Assembly: GCA_044892525.1 (NCBI GenBank)
Contig: CM097885.1
Span: forward strand, 4,466,001 to 4,530,000
Reading direction: 5' to 3'
Length of the DNA stretch: 64,000 nucleotides
Source of the DNA: Schmidtea polychroa
Lineage: Eukaryota
The notes under the pieces are model-generated. The model saw nothing but the letters and a program-made list of their open reading frames with translations, searched no databases and was not told the DNA's origin. The number at the start of each line of letters is the position of its first letter. The stretch's first letter is position 1. Positions 37,152-50,065 of the stretch are shown in pieces. The translations under genes and the position numbers were made by a program.

Positions 37152-38037
37152 ACCGGCACCGTGGTTCAAATGGATAGCGGTTCAAATCCTAACTGTGGTT
37201 AGTTTTTTTTTCAACATAAAATAATATTAAAAATTTGAAAATAATAGTGTGGGTATCTTATATTTATAAAGTACTTGTATATTTTATTTTATTTATTTTA
37301 TTTTATTTTATTTTTTTATTAATTAATTATTTTTTAAACATAAATATGAAAAAAAAATATTGAAACGGGTGATGGTGGCGAACCGGTAATTATCGCCACC
37401 TGTCTTTCGAACACCCCCGGATCGATCCCGGTAATGTGCACATTTATTTCTCAGTTGTTTTCGGACCTCTTTCGGATTCGCTTTCGAATTCATTTGTACT
37501 TTCGAGCAGCACGCTTAAAACGCCGTTGAAATCGACTTCGTGAGCGAGAAGCGAATAATAAGGTGTGCTGCTATTATCGGATTGATTCTGATGTATGAGT
37601 CTGGCCAGCTTGTATATTGGAAGAGATTCGATAAACGAAAGAGGTTGAAATAAAAAAAATGATCCGGATCAAAAAAACTGTTGAGGGGACAGTGAAAAAA
37701 AAAAAAAATACCACTGTCCCCTCAGAGCAGTTTTACTATTTTTCATTTATTTTTTAATTTATATAATTTAAAATCAATAATCTGATAAAGATCAAATAGC
37801 CCTCTAACTTTTTCATAATGCCATTTTCTTTTCTATTCTCTTTTTAGTTTGAAGCTTTTGAGTTTGAGGCTTTAAAGATTAAAACAGTTAGAGTCATTAA
37901 GGGTGGTTGTTTTCAAAATATAGGGTTAAAATACTATAAAAGTATAAGTTTTAGGTTGTTTTTTCTAATAGCTTAAGTGATTTGGAGGCATGTTTTTGTT
38001 GGGGGGCTGTTTTGGTTGGGTATATAACCACACTACT
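37108..38037 (-). repeat. Right terminal inverted repeat of Polinton copy 1
   Basis: Reverse complement of 22913-~23850. Confidence 0.93.
37129..37211 (+). ncRNA. tRNA-like Pol III unit 3 (inner end of right TIR)
   Basis: A box TAGCGCAGTGG at 37136, B box GGTTCAAATCC at 37179 with a second GGTTCAAA upstream, T9 at 37203. Confidence 0.65.
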
Positions 38038-38724
38038 CCCCAACTCAACCTAGTGTGTTTGCTAATTCCTTCTAATAGTACAGACAAGTAACCGATTTAA
38101 TAGTCTATACACAGCAACAGATACAACGATGAATATCGGCACTCATAACAAAATTACTTATAACGCATGACTACAGGCAGGCGTCTCCATGACAACGATT
38201 GCGATGCATTATTTAAAATGATCAGAATTTAATTTATAGCCTAACTCTAACCGATATATTTCGTTTATTTTTATAACTTAAATCGAGTCTATAACCTAAG
38301 TAGAGGTCAGTCACCGCGAATTATTTTCCCATAACACTATGCACGCATAAATCGCCAAAATACAGTAGAGAAACTTAAATTTTTAATAACAAGAAACATA
38401 ATGGAAGGAATAGGGTTGATCGTAATAAATGAATAAACATGTTTTGGTACGGAGATTGTCCAGTCGAAAGTAAATCGAAGGGTTGAGTTTTATATCGAGT
38501 GAATTACTTTCGAGAATTCCCCCTTTTCTTTTCTTAAGTTATAGGGATTGGGTGAATTAATTTAAATGTTTGCGATTAAATGACTGTGAACTTTGGTAGA
38601 CGGTAAAGATTGCGGGCTATTGTTAAATGGAATGATTGATGGAATTACAAAGCCCCCGCCCCAAAGTGTATATATCACACAAACGAATGTTACGAATAAG
38701 CATAAAGACTGATTAAACCTGCAG

Positions 38725-39479
38725 ATGTCAACACCGTCCAACACTATCAAGGAACTTCGCCCGTGTTTTTCTTGTGCAGACAAGAACGCGGATATCGCCC
38801 AACTCCACCTTCATATCGGGGCTCTCAAAAAGCGTATAGATCTATACGAAGGAACGTGGTTCTCCCCGCCACAGATGAAGGAAGAGCGGAGTAAGATTCT
38901 CAGATTGGAGCACTGTCGAGACAGCCTCCTGGGGGAGAGCTGCTGTCAAAGGCTCACGATCAAGACCCAGTCCGAAGCCCTCCACAAGGTTTATACGGAG
39001 GCGGAACTGGCAAAACGGGTACGAGAATTTCCCGTCCTGGATGGAACAAATGTATTTCCCCTTCACCACCAGTCATCCACATCTTCCACCTCAAGCTGCC
39101 AGGGGCACGGATCACATCTCCATTTGAATCAGTTCTGTCGGGTTATCGGCCAATGGCAGGTGGTCCTTCTGACCCTATTCTGGCCCCAGTTCTCGTGGCA
39201 CCCGTCGTCACATCTGTAGTAGAAAACAATCTGCCACCTCGCAAACGGAAGCGGTCAACCAGAGCAGAAAAGAATCAGAAACGTAGAGATGCAATGGCAG
39301 CACTCGAAGCGTCATTATCTGCGGCGCAATCAACAACCGAAGAAATATCGTCCACCCACTCCATCCCCTCGAAAGAAGTTTTTCGAATAGTTCCGGCCGA
39401 AGAGATAAAATTTATATCGGATCGTCGGCTACCGGTTGACATCGATGAGATGATTGCCGAAGGAGAAGGCTTCGTGTAA
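38725..39479 (+). pseudogene. Unknown GC-rich gene in two overlapping frames (CxxC, coiled coil, NLS)
   Basis: ORFs 38725-39219 and 39153-39479; PPRKRKR; GC content well above the flanks; GC-box and TATA-like motif at ~38653-38676. Confidence 0.4.
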
Positions 39480-41249
39480 AGTGACTTACGCTCGGTCTCG
39501 ATTCTTTCTTTTGAATTGCAAATCGATTTTTTTTCTTGAAAAACTGACAGCCTTGTATATTTTAATTGATTTGAACTCTGTTGGTTTAGTAATTGTCGTG
39601 AATAATTTTGTTTTTGGCTTTAATATATTTTTGTCTGATTTCATTATGGTAAATTTTCAATATGCATGGTTGTGCAATCACGGTGAATGAAAGGATGATG
39701 TGGAACGAAGGCAATTAGGTGAGAGGTCGTCCCCTTGGACCAGGGTCGTACCGAGTTATACGTATGGATGCCGGTAAGACCTTCTAAGGCACCTTGGAAC
39801 CCGAATCGCGAGTGGGTTAACAGTAGTCCTAAGGTAGGGGCTCACCTGTTAACCAACTCCAACCCGTGTGAGCATGACCAACGAGGAACATCGCCGCGGG
39901 CTCACATGAGGGAATATCAATGAAGTCATTTGGAGTATGTTGGGGAAAGGTCTGATTCGAATGGACATGATCATATATCTGGTGATAAATTTTCCTTTTC
40001 TCCCCCCATACACCAACATAGTTGTGTGGACTCCAGCCCAACAGGAATCCTCGACTCTCACAAAGTTTTTTGGGCATCTGATACCTCCCCCCTACTTTTT
40101 AAAAAATATTTTGGACACCCCTTAATTTTTTTTTAAAAATTTTATTTTGTTTAAATCGTTGATTATATCATCAATTTTCATTTTTGTAAGCATTTTTTAT
40201 GTCAATATACTTGAAATTAAATTCTCTATTAAATGAGACTGCCGTAATCAAAATTGTTATATTTCATTTTTAGTGCACTATTTTTGAATTTACACATTTT
40301 TTAAACACCTTGAGATATTTTCACTTAAACAATATATAAATAAAATTTAAATCTCTACAAAATGACATCATTATTTATTTCAAATTCACAATCATAACAC
40401 CTTAAACAATGCCTTTTTAGCCAACTTTTACATACACACATTTTTAAATTTTAGAAAATACTTAAGAATACCCATTATGATATTAAAAAATTATATTAAA
40501 AGATATATTAAAAACTAAGCGTTTATTAATATTTATTAATTTTCGAACACTATCTAATCTCCAAATCGGTGATATGACATCTTTCTCATCCATTTTATAT
40601 CCCTGTATTGAAATACTTACAAACCAGCTTTCCCTATTATTTTCAATTTCTTCAAAGGCATCATGAAAACGGGAATTTCGATTGTTGATGAATATATTTC
40701 CATTGCAACATAGATTCTTATAGATTTTCCACAACACTTTATTTACTGCAGCAACATCTTTTGTTATATGTGTTATGAAACTTGAATATTGCAACTTGAT
40801 CAATTTGACTGCATTTCAGAATTTATATGGAATTTCATCTACCAAGAAATACATCTTATGGTTATGATACATTTGTACTGGTTTCACATCATTCTTGACA
40901 TGCTGAGTCTCAGTTATTTTCTTAATTGGGTTTGTTACTTTCAATAAATTAGAAACTATTTTCTCACCAAAAAATGTATAAATTTAAATCTTGAATATTT
41001 GTTTTATGGATGGATACACTCTTGAAGTTTATCTCGTAATTCCTTCTGAGCTTCATGATAAGTTGGATGATATCCCTGTTGCTGCTGAAAAATGAAACCA
41101 GGAAATAGATCAAAGCTAAAATATTGTTATTAAAACATCCAAAAACGAATTATGTTATTAATTGGAGGTTATTGAAATTATACTTAAAAATATTTTGAAA
41201 AATATATTGACACTAATTCAGAATTAAGATCGAAAAGTAAAAATACTCT

Positions 41250-44200
41250 AGAAAAAAAACTATTACAAATTATTAAATAACCGTTTAGATAATAATTTTA
41301 GATAAAAACTGTTGAAAATCTTAATCAAAGGATGAATATTGGACTTTGCACTACAAATTGTAAATTCTAAATCTACTTTTAAAAAATCGATTAAAATTGA
41401 CGATGACAATAGCTGCACTGTTAAATCATGATTCTGTATGTTTAGATATACCAAGTTACATTGGAAAATCTGTACTTATTATATAGGAGGTAGTCTCAAG
41501 AACATCAAATGAGGTAGCAAAATCATACGGAAAAATACATTGAAAGTACCTTGAAAGGCAGACGAAGTTAAAGGAAGAGAAGTTAGTGTTTTCACAGCCT
41601 TAGATAAAGAGCAATTAACAAATTACATAGAATCTATAAATCTCACAGCCAATTTATTGATATGTACAATGAAAGACATCGGTCCTATCAACTCATTACC
41701 TTCCATACAACAGTAGTAGCAATTTCCTCAACTTTTTTAAGAAAATCAGTAATACAGTCAAGGCCATAGAATTCAAAATATTGTTTAGTATTTTTATAAT
41801 TATTTATTAATAAAAGGCCTGCTGAACTAGGCATATGAATTTGATGATGACGAACATCAGGGGATTAAACCGACTCAAAATCGGCATAAATTACAAAAGG
41901 TGGTGTTATTGTTTTAGAAAAATTTTGAAAATCGATATTTTTATTTAAGGGTAAAGGGTTGTACCTGTCTGATTTTTGGCACATAATTATAATTATTATC
42001 ATTGTAGGTAAATAACTTATAATTTAAATTCCATTACATTAAAATTAAAATAATTAATACTAACTTAGGAATCGAGAATCTATCGGTGAAATACTTCGTA
42101 TCTAACTTTATAATTTACATAATAAGAATTATGTATTTCATTTGTGTCACCCCACTGGTAACTCCCAATTCCAAGGGATTCATAACGTAACATCATCCAA
42201 CGGATAATTCTGTAGCAAATATTGGGAAAGAGATTGGGAAATTTCGAAGATGAAAAATCTCCATAACGTATAATACGATCTATAAATTTTATCTCAATAT
42301 TCAATTCTAATTCGTTGTATTTTTCATTAGATTGATGTATGAAATCTAATAATTTTTCAACGGCTTCTCTAGACTTTTCACAATTCATAATTAATTTCTT
42401 TACAATTTCTTTAAATCCGCTAATCTAATGGCCATGTTATGTCCAATTGCAATCTTAGGCAGCAAAAAGAAAATGATATGTCTAGGGATTTTTCTATCCT
42501 CGTTGACTTCTAAAAGCCAACGATGGATTACATTTACGCATTTTATCTGTATTGCGGTATTTTTCAGTGACCAATTTATCTAACAATATGGATAAAGATC
42601 TTTGTAAATAAATTTCCATTGTTTATATTCAATATTTATTGGATACATTCATTCAATTTTATACTAAACGCTTTATCTAATCGGAACCCGTTAAAGACAG
42701 TGTGGGCACCATTGACATCTTATTTGAACGTTACAGTCCGGGTTCCGTTGACAGTTCATTAGTCTATTGATATTGGTCACAGCAGTATAATGATATCGGT
42801 CCTTATTTTCTAATAATAACAAATAAATTGGGTTTCCGTCAGTGCCCTTAGATCGATAAATAAGACTTAAATGAGGATGTTGAAAGACATAATTATCAGT
42901 GGTTTCATCGTCATCAATTATTACAGTTGGGTTGTATGAAAACACATTAATGTCTAATTTTAAATTTGATTTTCTTTTCGAATTTAGGAATGTTGATTAA
43001 TTTCATGGGACAATCCGTGACTTCGTCATATTTTAATTCACTCAAAAATTCAGTGTATTTAGATACTCTGAGGATTTTCACCTATTTGATCTTTCTTTAA
43101 TAAGTAAAGAATGGAATACAGAAAGCATTTACCGTCGCTTTTTTGATGTTTAATATAGCTTTCTTATTTTTCAATTCAGAAGGGGTTCTAATATATTGAT
43201 GTCCTGCCAAGCGACTAATTGGTTCATATTTAGTGATAAAAAATGTATCTCAAGAATGTTGATAACGCGCCACCCACTGCCTAAATAGGTAAATTGCTCT
43301 ATTTTTTCATTTAGTTTATGAACCCCTTCGTTTAAAAAATCATCAGAAAATGTCGTTGCATTATTAGAAATGTAATTGTCACGGATTTCAACATCTTTTT
43401 CAAATCGAATTAATATCGCAAATTGAATTTTGACGCTCCTCATTTTATGAATTTCTTTTATTAATTTAGTTTCGATTTTATCTGTTAAAATTATTTTAAT
43501 TAATTGCGCATCTGATAGCGCCATTTAAATTTATTGTGATTAAAGGTTCATTCTCTAAGGAAGAACCTCCAAATTGAATCAAATCATTATTTATAATATC
43601 TACATTATTTATAATAGGTATAATTTCATTATCTACAATATTTTCTTTATTCATAATAGATATAATTTCATTATTTACAATATTTATAGAGTCATCATCA
43701 TCACTGATTTCGATGACTTTCTTTTTAATAATTTTATTAGGTACATTATTTTCCTTATTTTCAGCAGGTCTTTATTTTTTGATGTTTTATTTTGTATAAT
43801 ATTTAAAATATCACAGTTATTTTTATTTTTTTTTCTTAAAAAGGTCTTTTATATTTACTTTAAAAGAATTTAAATGATTTGAATGTTCTCTAAAAAATTC
43901 TTTATATCTAACGCTCTGGGAAGTTTTGCATTTGGGCATATAAAAAAGTTGATGCCATTAAATTTATGCTTCTAATATTTTTTCATGTTTTTATAGCATG
44001 AAATACAATGACCGATTGACGACATGCAATATCTCGGGTAAAAAGAACCTGATAAAAAAAATATATAAATTAATTTTTATAAATTAATTTATTAACATAT
44101 AAATAATAATTATAATAATTAATAAAATGAATAATAAAACGAACAGGCAATTTGTTAATATACGCTATGAGAGAGATGAATTTTTGTTAGTATTCGGAAT

Positions 44201-45539
44201 AATATTTAATTCTTAAGAAGGAAAATTATTCAGACCATACAAATATGATGGACAAAATTATGAAAGATAATAGGTCTGTCTCTGAATTCGCCGAGACACA
44301 TTACATTTCCTACAAGCATCACCTTAATACTTATCTGAAAAGTGGCAATAGTCCCTAACTCTATGTGCAATAGATTTCTTGCAAAGATAACAGGTCCTGG
44401 AATCTCGAAAAGCCCGCTCTTCAATGAAAGATAAGGATTGAATAGGTTATGGTCTTCGCATAATTTTTAAAAAGTCTAAACCCAATAAGAATGTATACCA
44501 TCTAAATAATTTTCGTATGAAGTGACCTGATTTCTATTTCTGCGTATTACATCACGCTTTAAGACGGCTAGGATACTATAGATGAAACACATCATCGGTG
44601 GTTTGGATGTTTACTATTGCTTTTTTAACTAATAAAGTCTTTGGAGTGACCAGCTAGCCTATTCATATGGAAAAATTCGTTTATTTTGAAGTCGATCTCT
44701 TTAATTTTTACTACCCGCCACCCGCTTCCTAGGTATGTAAATTGTTCTATTTTATTATTTGACTAGTGATGCCCTCTACTAAAAAATTGTTTCAATATAC
44801 TTGGGCACTATTCGTGAAAAAAAAATCCTTTAACTCACCATCTTTCTCAAACTGAATTAAAACAACGAACTGCATCTTAAAGGGAAATTAGTTTTCCTAC
44901 AATTTTTGGTGTTAACTGTATCTGTACTAAGGCATATTTCTCCAGATCAAACATTAGATTTTAATTATTCCCCTTAAAATCTATTTCGATTTCTGGTTCG
45001 GCATCTATATCAACCGAACCACCTACTTTATTATTTATTGAGCCAACTATTTGATTATTTATATCTGTTTGACTAATTATATCTGTTGATTATTTAAAAC
45101 TGATTCATAATTTAAAACTATTTGATTAATAATATTTAAATCACCTTCAAACCATAAACTTTAGCAACTTTAGATGGAACACCAGACCCAAGACTAACAA
45201 GAGGCCGTTTTTTATTTTTATTATTATTTATATTATTAATATTAATAGATGTGTTATTTTTATTTATATGTGATATGTTTTGGATATTTTTAAAAACTGT
45301 TTTTATATAAAGTAAACTGATTGAGATGTTTACTATGTGTTTTAAAAAATTTTTATATTTTATATTTTGGGTAGTCTTGAATATTGGACAAAGATAGTAA
45401 TTGATTCCATAGAATTTATGGCCATAGTATCTTTTCATATTTTTATGTCAAAAAAGAGTATGCTCTGTTGAAGATACACAGTATCGTGGATAAAATTGAC
45501 TTATTAAAAATAAATATTTAAATAATTATATAAATATTA
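41250..45539 (-). pseudogene. Scrambled mosaic of family-B pPolB fragments
   Basis: LNEKIEQFTYLGSGWRV (43171-43524), PIYLLLLE..HYTAV..WCPHCL (42691-42945), PPFVIYADFES (~41870-41910), CYLCK..RVRD (~44300-44420), RFIDSM (~41630); one motif-B piece on the + strand (~41260-41400). Confidence 0.8.
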
Positions 45540-48204
45540 TGCAATGCATTCATTTGATAACACATCATCGGGTGAATTATACGAGTTATTTTGTGTTTGG
45601 TGAAAGCCTCCCCGTGGAATTATTTTACCCGAATGATTAAACCAGCCAGGATCCACTGAAGGAAAAGCTCTAGTATGCTAACCCACCCTTTACCATCCTC
45701 CTAATGCATTACTTAGGTGGGCATTATCCAAAGGGTTAGATGAATTCGTCAACCTCATCTTTACTTCCATTATTCGTTATTACTAGGGCCATCTTTCTTA
45801 TGATTATTACCAATAGCATATTATTATGGTCGGGGTTGCTACCATCATCAAAATTCTCACTATTATTATTATTACCCTCATTATCATTACTCAGATCATT
45901 ATTATTATCACGATTTTTACGGCCCTTAATATTATAGTCATCATTACGAGTATTACCCCAGCTATGATTCCGGCTTTATCATTGTTCTCTTATTCGGGAT
46001 AGTTGTTCTAGTTGTTATCGTAGTAATTATTTTTATATTATACGTTTCGCGTAGAATGTTCGGTTAATTTATTTCCAGAACGTGATTATTTGACAATTTC
46101 CGATTTAAAATTTGTCGCAAATATTCTAGTCAAAATCTAGTCAACGTAACAAAGGTCGCTGATTTTCTCACTTATCAGCTTTGGCTCATGTTGTAGTACT
46201 GCATTTATCTCATGATTGTGCATGGTGATTGTGTCATTTAACTACCACATGCTGTTCGCCCCCGATCTCACTGATTACAAAATCTGAGGCCTGGCAGTTT
46301 CCGAGTTTTTTATAGAGTAAGTTGTCGTAAGAGTAGGTTCAGTATTGTGTGTTATCACTGTGTTTCAACATCTTTACTCCCTAGTGCCGTATGTAGTGAT
46401 TACCTACAGGTTCAATTCCGATGCGACTTGACATGACTAAGACTGGACTTCGTTTATCATCGTATTCCGGATGCGGTGCCTACTGCCAAGACTCCAACTG
46501 GTAAAAATCCGTTCTACAGTGGATACGGTGTTAATCATAAGGTGTTTCACTCGACTGTCATTTCCCTACAAAGTACTTCTGGTCCAGGCCGCATTTTCCA
46601 GGAAACACTTACTATCGGATGAAACTTTCTATATCAACGAAGAGATCCAATGAGCGGACAATATGGAAATTTCAAGTAGAAATACGAATCGAATTAGACG
46701 GTAATTGAATTTTTTAGATGGAGATTTACTACTCTCGGGGACAATGTCTAATACACTGGGAAATGCAAATGCAACTTTAACAATGGAAATTCGTTTTGTA
46801 GGATGAATGGATAGTAAACTGCGGGCTCCCTCAGTCATTGCGAGTACTTTGGTTTTCGTGGTAAGAAAATTGTGGTTTCACTTTACGATGGTAATTTCTA
46901 AAGATTTTCTCTCTCTCAGATAAAGTTATATTTCACATCCTGTGGCGACAGATCAGTGGAGAAACCCCCCCCCCCACAAGATGACGTGATCCATACCACT
47001 ACGACGCTGAAGTATCATCTGACCTACTGGCAGGAAGAACAACCAGTGTCCCTCTAGCTGTGGCCTTCCCCACCCCAGTGCCGTGGAAAAAGAAATTACA
47101 ATATTATTGTGCATTCAATAAACTATTTCACTAGTTGTCATTTCGGTAATAAATCAATCCGGATTATATTTGATCATTATGAGTTCACTCAATGTACCTT
47201 TACTTAGGAAATAAAATAAATATTCGTTATTCATTTACTTATGAAATAATTAAACCTTTCTTATGCCTTTACTTAGGAAATTCGATAAACATGTATGTAT
47301 AATTTAACAGGAGAGAAAACGAATCATGAATATTTAATATTGTTACAAATCTTCAAATTAATCTACATATATAAATGTATAGAAAAAAAATCATACTACG
47401 TACAAAGGTGTACTGTCTGCCTGAAATCCGGATTAATGATAGAATAGTTTTCCTTTCCCAAAGTTCGTTTTAATTCGTTGAATCCTCGAGAAGTTTGTCG
47501 GCTGTGTGAATTAGTATAATGTTCCTAGTGATCTGGATAGTCAGTTGCTGAATGTGGATTGTCTCACCTAAGTTCGATAGTTTTTAAAACTGAAGTTTTT
47601 GTTTCGATGCTGTGCTTATATAGTTAGTTGCAAAATGCGCGGGCCAATCAGAATTGAGGCGCCGTTAATTTATTTGATTTAATTTAAATTTTATGTTTTT
47701 TATTAGTTTTTCCCAGTTTTCTCTATTTTTTCCTATACTTTTATTTATTTTCTTAAATTTTCCCATTAACTACCTATTTTTGATGTTGTTTTTCTCAGTT
47801 TGATCGGCTTTTATATCCTGATTTTATTTTTTGTTTTATTCTTTTATGTTTTTAATTTATTGCTGCACCTTTATTTTATTTCTAATTTATTTTCTGATTT
47901 ATTTGTGATATTTTTATTGTTTCTTATTGTTCCTTTCTCATTTTCTTATTTGTGCTATCTTATTTTACTTCAGCCCAACAATATGTTTAGATAGACAAAG
48001 TTACATTGGACAATCTGTACTTGAAACTTAGAATGTATGAACTCCAATATGTTGATTTAGAAAAATTTCGTAACGTAATGAAGAAATATTAATTAATGAA
48101 GATGAACTTATAGACATAGATGATGTCTAGTTGTCCGATGACACATAATGAATATTATTAAATAAACTTTATTCCTTTTGTCTTGTTAATTTTTATGTGT
48201 TTAA

Positions 48205-48429
48205 CCCTTTCATTCGGGAATTAATTCTGTGGGTAAATTAATTATCTAGACCATCAAACCTAGTAAGGGGACTCAAATTATGCAAAAAAATAATTTAATT
48301 ATTAAAATGTACTAGAACAAATTTCAATTTTCTTAAAAAGTACTTCTCACATTATATTTTCGAAAAGGTACAACAGATATTCAGCACACAAAACTGTGTA
48401 CAATATATTGTACACTCCGTATAAAAGGG
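48205..48429. mobile_element. piggyBac-type MITE
   Basis: TTAA|CCCTTTCATTCGG...CCGTATAAAAGGG|TTAA: TTAA duplication with imperfect ~13-bp TIRs. Confidence 0.75.
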
Positions 48430-48471
48430 TTAAAGTATTTGTTATTTAAGTCTAGTTAATTTTTGTGTTGT

Positions 48472-48590
<119 letters not shown>

Positions 48591-48904
48591 AAAATTTGTA
48601 TCTAAATTTATCTTTAAAAATTATTTCATTAAAATTTTCATTAAAAAATTTCATTTCTCTTCTGCTTTGTTTTTGAAGGTGCTGTTGGTGGATTAGCAGG
48701 TGGGTTGGATCTACTAAGGTCGATGACATGCGACGGAATTCATGCTCTACCTGATAATAATGACTAAGATTTGGAGGTGAGTCTACCAACATTGTTCGCC
48801 CGATAGAGGATGACGACTGCCTGAATCAGGCGTGATTTGACCAGAACGAATAGTTTCAGATATTTCGACAACAACATCGTTATTGTTGTAATCATGGTCT
48901 CTAA

Positions 48905-49050
48905 TTAATAAATTAATATTGTGATTGATTCTTAAATGGGAATGCAATTCACTAATACTGCTACCATCTGTTTTGATTCGCTTTCCGCAAGCTTGTATTT
49001 GGCATCCTTTTCCCGTTTAACCCTCTCCGTGTAAAAAATAATGCTGATAT
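48905..49050 (-). pseudogene. BED zinc-finger remnant (hAT-like)
   Basis: HYFL..EG*TGKGCQIQACGKRIKTDGSSISELHSHLRINH. Confidence 0.55.
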
Positions 49051-49114
49051 TTATAGTGACCCGTTCTATTCCCACAAAAATGGTTACAAAATGTGCCTTC
49101 AGCTTCATCCCGAT

Positions 49115-49706
49115 TAGGGTTCGGAATCCCGGGATCCGCAATTTTTAGCAATCCCGAAATCCCGGGATCGAGCACTTGATCCCGGGATTTGACTTTTAAG
49201 CCTAAAAGGAAAAATACCTTACAGTTTCCTTAAAAATTCTTTAAAACAATCGTTTTTGGTTGAACATTTTCAAATTTAAATTTTTTCGGTTGAGATTTGA
49301 ATTTTGTCATATAGAAAATACTTGGAATTTTTTTTGCATTCAAATTCTTAAAATATATAAATTTTAAAAATCGAAATTCTTGGAACTTTTTTTTTTCAAT
49401 ATTCAATTTGTAATTATATTCTTAAAATTTTTTGTTGGCGCTCAGACGTAATTAGTATATAATTGTTTTCACGTGTTATTGTTTTTGATTATTTTAAAGT
49501 GTAGATTTAATTAAATTATCATTCGCACTATTTGAACAACAAATTTTAAAAAGATAATGGCTTCTTACATAGACCATGAAAAGAAAAGTAATTCTGCTGT
49601 TTAGAAACATTTTTTACGAGAAGAAAAAGGACAGACAGCGATGTGTAAGTATACCGACTGCAAAAAAATTCTAAAAATTGGGGGTGGCTCAACGAAAGGT
49701 CTCCAT
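49115..49706 (+). mobile_element. Left part of a hAT transposon interrupted by Polinton copy 2
   Basis: TAGGG terminus with ATCCCGGGAT subterminal repeats; BED finger SAV*KHF...AMCKYTDCKKILKIGGGSTKGLH is cut exactly at AGTAGT (49707). Confidence 0.75.
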
Positions 49707-50065
49707 AGTAGTGTGTTTATATCCCTAGCCAAAACAGCTGTACCAACAAAACATGCCTCCATTTCACTTAAACCATTAGAAAAACAACCTAAAACTTATA
49801 CTTTTATAGTATTTTAACCCTATATTTTGAAAACAACCACCCTTAATGGCCCTAACTGTTTTAATCTTTAAAGCCTCAAACTCAAAAGCTTCAAACTAAA
49901 AACATAAAGAGAATAGAAAAGAAAAAGGTATTATGAAAAAGTTAGAGGGCTATTTTGGTTAGGGATATAAACACACTACTTGAGGCATTGTTTTGATCGT
50001 AATCAAACTCCGGAGTTGATCTTTATCAGATTATTAATTTTAAATTATATAAATTAAAAAAATTT

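Larger units (their letters stand above)
22913..38037 (+). mobile_element. Full-length Polinton/Maverick (adintovirus-like) element, family A copy 1, ~15.1 kb
   Basis: Starts AGTAGTGTGG at 22913 and ends CCACACTACT at 38037. CCCCAA is duplicated on both sides (22907-22912, 38038-38043). Long TIRs. Encodes pPolB, integrase, ATPase, protease, major and minor capsid proteins. Confidence 0.97.

Noticed and set aside
46941..47177. Possible solo LTR (TGTGG...TGATCA)
   Set aside because: No matching target-site duplication or second LTR was visible.
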